Source: Eledone cirrhosa
Taxonomy: Eukaryota
DNA length: 64,000 nucleotides
Direction: 5' to 3'
Assembly (NCBI GenBank): GCA_964016885.1
Contig: OZ024755.1
Coordinates: 12,834,001-12,898,000 of the forward strand
Position numbers and translations under genes: made by a program. The notes beneath the pieces were generated by a model. The model ran no database searches, was not told the DNA's origin, and was given only the letters and a program-made list of their open reading frames with translations. Shown here in pieces: positions 54,617 to 64,000 of the stretch (the stretch's first letter is position 1; the number at the start of each line of letters is the position of its first letter).

Positions 54617-54618
<2 letters not shown>
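53573..54618. repeat. ~32-bp satellite (GCAGAATTGAAAACTATGGAAGGCCGAAGGG) with internal inversion and a CGACGGAAAAT repeat core
   Basis: Direct units 53573-53960 and 54277-54618; inverted units 53961-54070. Confidence 0.9.
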
Positions 54619-54680
<62 letters not shown>

Positions 54681-55159
54681 GTTCGATGAGCCATTGATTA
54701 CAGAGTCGGGCTAGATCGATACAGATCGACCCTTGAGCTGATCAATAGCGAAACGCGTGTCACCAACCAATAAACGTAATGAAGGAGTAACCATTCGTCC
54801 TTGGTTTATATATATATATACTCAGTGATGCTTTTATCAGGAGTTGCGACCAGTAGATAGCATCATCAATGTGAAGAACAATGAAAATGTTTTTGTTGGT
54901 TTGTTTGTTGTTATTTTTGTCATTTTTTTGTCCTTACCTGTTGTAGATTTGAAGAAATTAAAAAAAACAAATGTCAATCGAAGGATGTTAATTTTAGTGA
55001 AGTAAAACTAAACTCAGAAGGCTTAGTGGCTAGGGTGTTCGGCTTGTGGTCGTAAGGTCGTGAGTTTGATTCCCAGTGTAATACAGAATTCATCATTATC
55101 ATCAGTTAATTCAGGAAACATTATTACATTTTCAATCAAATTCTATTCTCCGTGAAATC

Positions 55160-55475
55160 ACGTGACTTAGTGGCTAGGACTTTTAGCTCATGGTCGTGAG
55201 TTCGACTTCCGGACCTAGCAGTGCATGTCTCATTAAGCAAGACACTTTATTCCACGTTGCACCAGTTCACTCCCTTAAAAAACAAAAATAAGTTGTACCA
55301 GTAATTCAAAGGGTCAGCCTTGTAATACATTGTCACGCTGAATCTCACTAAGAACTACGCTACGGGTGCACGCGTGTGTGGAATGCTCAGCCACTTGCAC
55401 GTTAATTTCATGAGAAAGCTGTTCCGTTGATTGAATCAACTGAAACACTCGTCGTCGAAACCGACTGAGATCCAA
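55160..55475 (+). mobile_element. tRNA-derived SINE family B (CORE-like), near full length
   Basis: TGACTTAGTGGCTAGG A-box, GTGAGTTCGA B-box, CORE-like AGCAAGACACTTTATT, 3' part TGTCACGCTGAATCTC...CAGCCACTTGCACGTTAATTTC...GTCGTCGAAACCGAC. Confidence 0.8.
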
Positions 55476-55589
55476 CCCACTCACAACTAAACTGCAATAA
55501 TATACTTAAGAACGGAGAATAAAACTAGACTGCAAACATTTTAACTCTACTTACGAGAGTGAGACATAGAAATGTTAGGCAAGTCGTAG

Positions 55590-55873
55590 ACATGGCTGTG
55601 TAGACACAGACATGGCTGTGTTGTCATAGCCGTGGATGTGTGGTCGTAGGCACGGCTGTGTTGTCATAGCCGTGGATGTGTGGTCGTAGGCACGGCTGTG
55701 TTGTCATAGCCGTGGATGTGTGGTCGTAGGCACGGCTGTGTTGTCATAGGCGTGCATGTGTGGTCGTAGGCACGGCTGTGTTGTCATAGCCGTGGATTTG
55801 TGGTCGTAGGCACGGCTGTGTGGTCGTAGCTATGGATGTGTGGTCGTAGGGACGGATGTGTGGTCGTAGGGAC
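55590..55873. repeat. 20/40-bp dimeric minisatellite (GGCTGTGTTGTCATAGCCGT GGATGTGTGGTCGTAGGCAC)
   Basis: Alternating A/B 20-mers. Confidence 0.9.
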
Positions 55874-56443
55874 TATTTAACATCTTAACAGATCAACAGA
55901 AAATCGGGAATTTAAATATGTTAAACATTATTGCTGTTGTTGTTGTTATTTCAGTGTAAACATACTAATGATATAAAAGTAAAGAATACTATTTTGTTAT
56001 TGTTACTCTTTGTTGTTGTTGTTACTGTAGTTGTTGCTGTTGTAGTTGTTACTGTTATTGTTACTGTTGTTACTTCAGTGTAAACATGCTAATGATATAA
56101 AAGTGAACTGTATCATTTTGTTGTTATTGTCTCGTTGAATATGTTATTGTTGTTGTTGTTGTCATTGTTATCGTTGTTATTGTTGCTGTTATTTGTGTTT
56201 ATGATGATGTCCTTATTGTTGCTGTTGTTGTCTTTGTTATTGTTGATGTCGTCGTATTGTCATATCCACTGTTGTTGTTGTATGTGATATCCACTGTTAT
56301 TTATACAAAAATCTGTAGAAACCAAGTTTTGATATTCTTGTTCTTAATTTTTTCTTTTTTTTTTAATTACTTTTCCTTTCTTTTTAACGAACCTAACCAA
56401 AACAACAACAACAACAAAACAACAACAAAACACAAAAAAATAG

Positions 56444-59400
56444 CGAACGGAGGAGAAATGATTAGCAATTCACCGAGGACTGGTCAAGAGCCAGAGCAAC
56501 TGACTAATAGTGCAGCAGGTATCAATGATGCTAATGATGTTACTACTTCTACTTCAACAATATCTGCTGCTACTGCTGTTCCTCTGGTTGTTATAACACC
56601 TCAACAAAACGCAATCACAAAAAATAACACAGATTATAATCTCAATGGTGAAAATGATTTCAAAGACGACTTGAAAAAATCAAAGTCGTCTGGTTTATCA
56701 ATGGAAATGTTCAAACATCCTGATTTAGCTGAATTGTTAAAGAACCCCGTTCTGACACCTTCTTACCAAGTAACAAGGTTACAGTTGCTACAGTCACATT
56801 TAGAAGCGGCCTGTAGGAAAAGAAACAGTTCTTTCGTTAATGGCGACTTGAAATCGGGAACAAGGGTGATTGCTAGTCCAAGTGTGTTCAAAACGGATGC
56901 GAATTCCATGATAACTCTAAAGAATATCAATTCCTACTTGGAAATCGAAGATACAAAAGAGATCGATGCTGGTGCTAATGGTTTGTTACAGAACCAACAA
57001 CTTCAGTCCCATTTGATGCAGATGAATTTCGACGTGAATATTGACTCGAATATTAGTGAATCCAATGACAAGTTACAGTACTGTGGAGTTATCATGCCGA
57101 GTGCATCACGAGAGAGACTAAACGTTATTGGGTCGAATCCGACTTCAATCCTCAATCACTTCAGTGCAGAATCTGAAAAGCTGTGTGAGATAGGTGGCTA
57201 CCCACAACGAAAATTCGATATCTACAAAGTTCGATCTGTGAAACTGGAACAAACGCTTTATAAAGAGACGTTATCGTTGAAGAACGACACGACATCATCG
57301 AATGACAGTGGAAGCCAAGACAATGATATTTTAGATGAAGAAAATACCGTCGCTAATAAAGAGGTTCCTATGAAAAAAATCGATAGAATCGATACTGATG
57401 GAGTTCGAAAACAAATAATCCCAGAAATAGGTAACTGCTGTTCAGAAAATAATTTGGATAAATCGAAACCGATCAACAAATTAGGCGTAAGACTGAAAAT
57501 GTTGCTGTCCAGATGGAGCAACAAAGTTATTCTGAAATTGGAAAATAATGCCTCTGGTGCTAACAAACGTTCTGGGAAAAGTTCCTCGAGAAAATATAAC
57601 GATATTGTGGCTGGAAATCTTCGTGGATCGATCGAGGATCAAACAATGAATACAAACCAAATATTACCAAAATACAATAACGATAGTGTAATTAGTGAAA
57701 CACTGAGAGACAATGGCGAACAAGTTGAAACTAATATTGTAGATGTTTCTAAAGAAAGAAACGATGATGACACTTCAATGGAGACGACGAACAATGAAGA
57801 AAACTCGTTTAAAAATGGAGAGAATAATCCTCAACAAAGAGAAAGCGAAATCCTTTTCAGCAAAGCTATAATGTTAGATGGTGAACCCGTTGTTCTGGAG
57901 GCTTCATCACAAAACAACTCCAATGACTGTTTGGCAATGGCCGTTCCAACTACAATAGGGCGTCCATTAAAAACAAAAGAAAACGAAACAAAATACATAG
58001 AAAATCTCACAAAAGAAATTAATTGTACTACTACTACTAGTAGTGATCCAGAAGATGACAGTAAAGCGTGCATGGACGAGGAAGAGTTCACAAACACCGA
58101 GGGAAAGAAAGGTGAGGAGAAATTCTCCGGTGAAAATACAAAAAAATGTGTTGCTTATGTTTTCATAAAAGCCAAGCCTGACTTGCAACTTGACGACAGA
58201 ACTAAATGTTTAACTGAACAGAACAGAATTCCTGTGATATGCCAGGAAAATTCACATTCGAAATATCGTGTAGTTAGTTCTTCGCAACATCCAAATATTA
58301 TAAATTACTCCAACGGAAACGGTGAACATCAAACGGAAATAATGCCGAACAAGGATACTACGAAAATAAAGAACAGTTTTGCGTCAGTTGAACAACAGAT
58401 TCCACAAGAACAACAACAACCAACAGAAACGATTGATAAAGCAGCTTTTTCGGTTAAGTTTCCAATGGGTGAGGATTTATTTTTACCAAAAATGTTTTCT
58501 TGTAGTCCGAGTGTAGATTTCGTACAAAATCCCTCTCCAACTAACAGCTCCCAAACTGATTCCAAAGTCCCAGCTGTCAGGTTACAGACAAACGATATGG
58601 ATAAAACCATTGAGATCAAAGAAAAGATTTCCCTTAACGTGGAAGAAAACAATTTCTTGTTACTTCCGAAATGTGTTTCTAAATCGTGTGATGTTATCTC
58701 AAACAGAAACAAACTTTCGTTAGAAAACGACGACTCAAAATATGATTGTGGTTTTAATATTGAACTTTTAAACAGTAATAATTCAAATACGAATGTTAGT
58801 CAAAAGACGTCCGGTTGCACCACAGGACCAATTTCGAAAATAGATAGTTTTGCTATAAGAAAGGAATCGTTTGCTGGATTCGAACAAGAAGTTCTCCCGT
58901 TGGGTTCTGAGATGATTCAAACAAACAGTTCTCTAAAAGGAATATTAAAATGTCCGCTAATAAGCAAAAAGGAAAGCATTCCTAATATTGTTAAAGAAAA
59001 TGAAGCGAGTTCGATACCTAACAACTCTACTTCTGGGACAATAAACATCTTGATTAACTCTGAACAAAATCTAACTGGTAAAAATGTACCTGGTAATTTG
59101 AGCAGTAAATATAAAATGGTGGCGACAACATCTCCTGATATTCTCAGTGATAGTGTTACATCTAACGAGAAAAATATTCGAACTGATTTCACAGAGTCGG
59201 ATGATCCGACCTGCTTCACTGGAAAAGATATGAGAAATGAGTCGGATGCCACGGGAGATGCATGTAAGACTAACAAAATCAATGTCCCTATTTTCGCATT
59301 TGAAAAGACAAAACTTAGAGATATTATTTCTCTGTTGGGTTGTAAGCTGATAGAAACATCGAATTCTTCAAAAAGCCAATTTTCGAGCAGTTCGAAGGTC

Positions 59401-62400
59401 AACTTTGAAAACAATAACGAGGTTAAAGAGAAATTGATTAATCCGTATGATTGTAAACTAGAAAGTCGATCAGACTGTAAACCAGGATACATCATTAGTA
59501 TTTCGCCGGAAGACAAGCTGAAGAATACCAGTAATAATAGCGGGTCATTGGTATCAAAGGAGAAAGAAAAAGTATATAAAGATAGAATTGTCGTGTCGTC
59601 AAACTTTGAAAGCAATGATACAACAGGGAAAGATAGCAGCAGAACACTACAACTAGAGAAAACAGATGATATGATGGCAAAACCAGTTACAAAAGGAACC
59701 GTGTCAAATGAGGATATCAGTGCCACTAGAGTGTTTGATAAAAGCTACACGCTAAAGAAAGCAGGAGTTATGTTTGCTTTAACTGACATGATTGGTAGTG
59801 GCACGAACCGTTTAGCATTTTCTGATGTAGTTGATGCTGAAACCAGTCGTACAAATCTTTCTGATGCTTCAAATGATGCGATAAATAAAGACAAAAACCA
59901 TATACGTTTGCCTGGTACAAATCGAGATAGCAACTATAAATCTATGTCCAATGACGTCAATGGAGATAGAAACTGTGGTGATCTACCTGCGAAATATGTG
60001 CAGAAAACTCAAACGAAAAACAATCTGGAGGAAAATGAAGAAGCTAGTGCTGATTCCTCAGTAAAAAGACAAAACAGCAACAATTCATTCGCTTTCACTG
60101 AAGATGGTAGTTCAAACGCCCCAGGAAATAGCTGTTCCGGTGAGAGAATGACTAGGAATAAATACGCTGAGGAATTTACTTTCGAGATACCTAGGTTTGC
60201 ATATTTCTCAATTGAAGAAATGGACGACAAACTAATAGAAGCAGGTAAGACTAAATCTTTACCGAAGATGACAAATTATAGGATTTCACTTCAAAAGGAG
60301 CTCCTGTCTCCATCTGGTCCAGTCGGTGAGACTGAATTCCGAGAGGAGAATTCGAACACTTCTCTTAGAATCGAAGGTAAATTAACAGGTCAGGAACGCT
60401 GCTCGATTACAAAAAGTGTTTGTGGCTTTATAAGCGGCAAATACGGAATGAATAAGACTAGCGATGGGGACCACCGTAAAAGAGACATTAGAGTCCAGTT
60501 TGATGAAGAAGAAGTGAATATATACAGCCAACGAGCAAATAATATCACAAGTTATATACGACCGAATAAAATGAATGACATAGTATTAACTGAAAATCTC
60601 GCCTCTTCAGATTTGCCGGAGAAAATTAAAACTTCTTTTTGTTCGACGGAAACAGATTCTACAGGCGGAGTAATTTCGTTGAACAGTTCCCAAAACATGT
60701 CAGCGGAACAGTTGAAGGACGCTGTTGTTATTGACAATGATTTGATTGCAACTTCTGTAGTCGATAAAATAACGTGTACCCAAAACGATAATATCGGTGT
60801 CGACAATTTATTTTATGATCCCCTAGCCTATATTATCGAAAGTATGTCGTATTCTTTAGTCGATGACCATATTGGAGAAGAGGAGATCTTTGTTAAAGAG
60901 AACAAAATAAAGGGAGACATAGAAGCCATTGACGAGAAACCAACTAAGACGTTTCCCGATAAAAATACAATGCAGATAGTAACTAGTAAAATAATAGTTA
61001 AGGACGCTAGTGGTCTTGCGGAAGGAGGGGCAACAGGAGATAAAGAAGACGGAGGGGTGACAGGACAAAAACAAGATGGAGGAAGAGCGACAGGTGAAAA
61101 ACAAGAAGGAAGGACAACAAGAGAAAAACTATATGGGGCAAGATTGATAGGGAGGAAACGAGAAAGAAGGACGACAGGAGAAAAACACGAAGGAGGAGGG
61201 GTGACGGGTGAAAAAGATAATGAAGATTCCAGCCAAAATACTTCGAACACAAACCAAAATGAAACTACAAAAGTAAACGGTTGTGGTTGTTCTCCACGTG
61301 AAAATAATCAAGATCTGAAAGAAGAGATTACCATTGTAAAGTGGCCAAGCAGTCTACCAACAACGGTACAAGTTTACCCGACTGAAACTGCTCTCCATAA
61401 CTCAACGGAGACATCAAATGTGGACAATAATATAGTTTCAGATGTCATATCTAACAATAATATATCAAATATTGATTCATTGAACAGTACCGTACTAAAC
61501 GGTACCACATCGAGCAAGGTTGTCATACCACTCGATAGCCCAATAAACGATGTCCTATCAAACAGTGTCAATTCAAACAGAACCTTATCAAATGGTGTCC
61601 CATCAAACGGTGTCCTATCAAACAATGCCCCATCAAACGGTGCTCTGTCAAACGATGTTACCTCCAGCAGCGTGCAATCAAACGGTGTTAAGACAAACAG
61701 TAACATATCGAGTGGTTGCACTACCATTAACGTTGTACCGTGTGCTGATGCAGCAGCGATGTCAAGTAACATCGTATCAAACAACTTTATAATGAAATAT
61801 GATTCTGAAAATAATCAAAAATTCTCAACCGTTGCAGACGAAGATGTCGATACATTTACAGTGGGTGACGTCAGAAACATCGCGACAGAAGTTGCATGTA
61901 GGACAAAAGATATAAATTTTTCTTTGTCAAACACCAGAACAGCCAGGTCTAGACAGAATTCGCTGACTATTTCATTAGACGATGTCACAACCAACCAGCA
62001 CTGTCGAGATCGTGAAGAAAATGAAGATATTGCATACATACAAGAAAACCTAGCAAGATATATAATGGAAAATGTTGCCAACATCACTTATCCAAAACCT
62101 AGTGATCTTATAGGAATTGGCTATAATTTCGTTGACACTAACAACGATCCAATAGAAAAGGCTTTTAAGAGCCACTGTCATGAAATGTATAAAAACACGA
62201 AACAATCGTCTTCGAATTCGTCCCCCGATATTTCAGATAGTGTTAAAAACTCCTCTAAAGTCACCCCATTCCACAGAACCGTTGAGAATCGTCTGGATTT
62301 GGTTAAAATGGATATTACAAATGTTTCTAAAGCAAGAATCGGCGTAAAAGACTGTGTGACGTGTCTGGCGATAAATGTTGGTGACAACAGATGTTATATT

Positions 62401-64000
62401 CAGAAAAATACAATACAAGCTAAATTGAAAATGGCCAATAATACTACCGAAAAACTGTTAGTGAACATCTCTGATTTTATTAAAGAGCAAAACGATGATG
62501 ACGGTAATAATAATGATGTTGATGGCCGTAATACATCTATCAACGACCAAGATGGAAACAGTTTGTGTTTTAAGGCAGTTTCGGAGAGAAAACCAATACA
62601 AGAATTACCTGAAACCCTCTCAGAGAAGTTTTTTGAACAAAAAGAAAGGTTGGTTGCGGTGGTTACGGCGGAAAAGGCCGAAAAGATTTACGAAATATCA
62701 GAGGAAAATACGATCGAAGTTGAACAAAATGTAAATGGGAATGTAAAAGTTTATAACAAGAAACAAGCAAATTGTATTGAACAAAACCTGGAAACTTCTA
62801 GCGAAGAAAAAACACAAGAAACGTCAAATAGTGAAGTTGTATCAGAAAGGACTAGCTCGACTGAGTCTCCTGGGAACAATACTGCTACTCTGTACTCAGC
62901 TGTGGAAACTGATACTTCTTCAATACAGGCATCGAATTCTCAATTTGATTCTAATCAAAAACAAAAAGTTTCCGAAACAAAACAAGCAAAGGTTATTTCT
63001 GATTCGAAGACTAAAATCACAATTGAATCTGTATTGATTGATACTAACAGAGCTGCTCTTCCGAATAACGATAGAAACATGTGTGATCCGAACATTAAAT
63101 CTCAAATTATACAGAAGGATTCATCTAGTGGTATGGCGTCTAACATAGTTACCCTTCTGTCTACAAAGATCCCAAATTTAAATCCGTCAACAAATATTGC
63201 AAGACAGTTTACTATTGATGAAAATATAAAGGGGAAACCACCATTTTCTGTTGTAGCCGATGAAGCAGAACATAATGGAAACGAGGCTCCAAAATCTAGA
63301 AAAATGGAAGGAAATCCTGATAGTTTTAAATCTCTCCATATAAATATTTCTAACCCGGAGAAGAGAAACGGTGAAATAGAAACGGGAAATGTCGAAAAGG
63401 ATTTTGTAAATATCTTAAAGACAATTACAAGAAAAACATCAAGTTCAAACGACAATTCAGTTCCGTTGGAAGAATGTGCAACAGAAAATCCTGGTCTGGT
63501 GAAACGGATCTGGGTAAATACTGTACAGAACCGAGCAGACGGTGCGGATAGCAGTCAAGGAATTTCAAATATTTGCGATGCTAAAAAGTCAACTATTATA
63601 TCTGTCCATAGAAATGTTTCGACGTCTGGTCATGAAAATACTTCCATGAGAAGCGCAATGAAGGAAGTCGTGGAGAAGAAGGAAATCTTACAAATTTCTC
63701 GTAACGAGGCCAGTAGCTCTAAATTTAAGTTTGATAAAGAAATTCTGGATCAAATTATCGAAACCAACACAGTACCTCTGTTGTCAGAGAACGGCTTAGT
63801 ATATAGTTTCAGTTCAATTTTAAACCCATTGGGGGCTATAGTTATAAACTCTTCAAATCCTTCACCAGGAAATGGTAGTAGCAATCCAGAGCTAAATAAA
63901 AATACAACTAATCCAACAAAATGTGAAGAGGGGAAAGAATGGTCAGATGCTGTCCAATCGAATGGACAACAATCAGAATATACGACCAGTATACCGAGAA
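56444..64000 (+). CDS. Giant coding exon (>7.5 kb, 2518 codons, 3'-truncated by window end); uncharacterised low-complexity, likely disordered protein
   Basis: Acceptor TAG at 56441-56443, phase 1 (G|CG). Frame reads NGGEMISNSPRTGQEPEQL...MEMFKHPDLAELLKNPVLTPSYQVTRLQLLQSHLEAACRK...NGQQSEYTTSIPR. No stop in the lines translated, and the ORF track lists no stop-terminated ORF in this frame. The region is free of microsatellites and SINEs, unlike the rest of the window. Confidence 0.92.

Noticed and set aside
57258-63455. Many minus-strand and frame +2 ORFs
   Set aside because: Shadows of the giant + strand frame 1 ORF.

Overview
AT-rich eukaryotic genomic DNA, very dense in microsatellites and tRNA-derived SINEs. 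The repeat families look like those of octopus (coleoid cephalopod) genomes; that species call is inference. Almost every entry in the supplied ORF track is a translation of simple repeats. One protein-coding gene is supported, on the + strand, and the track missed it because its main ORF has no stop codon in the window. It has two short phase-compatible exons (46038-46058, MADEAKK; 49630-49702) and a giant exon, 56444 to >64000, with 2518 uninterrupted codons. The predicted product is S/N/T/E/K-rich and probably disordered, with GILK and RVQF (PP1-docking-like) motifs. The rest is a mosaic of two SINE families, RTE-derived non-autonomous elements, Tx1/L1, CRE and RTE LINE remnants, mariner/pogo/hAT MITEs, a Helitron, Penelope-like pieces and several minisatellites. 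Notable non-coding structure includes several hammerhead-ribozyme-like motifs, an HDV-like fold at the 5' end of an RTE element, a ~355 bp intronic hairpin, and recurrent palindromes centred on (TA)n tracts. Coordinates were counted by eye and repeat boundaries are approximate.
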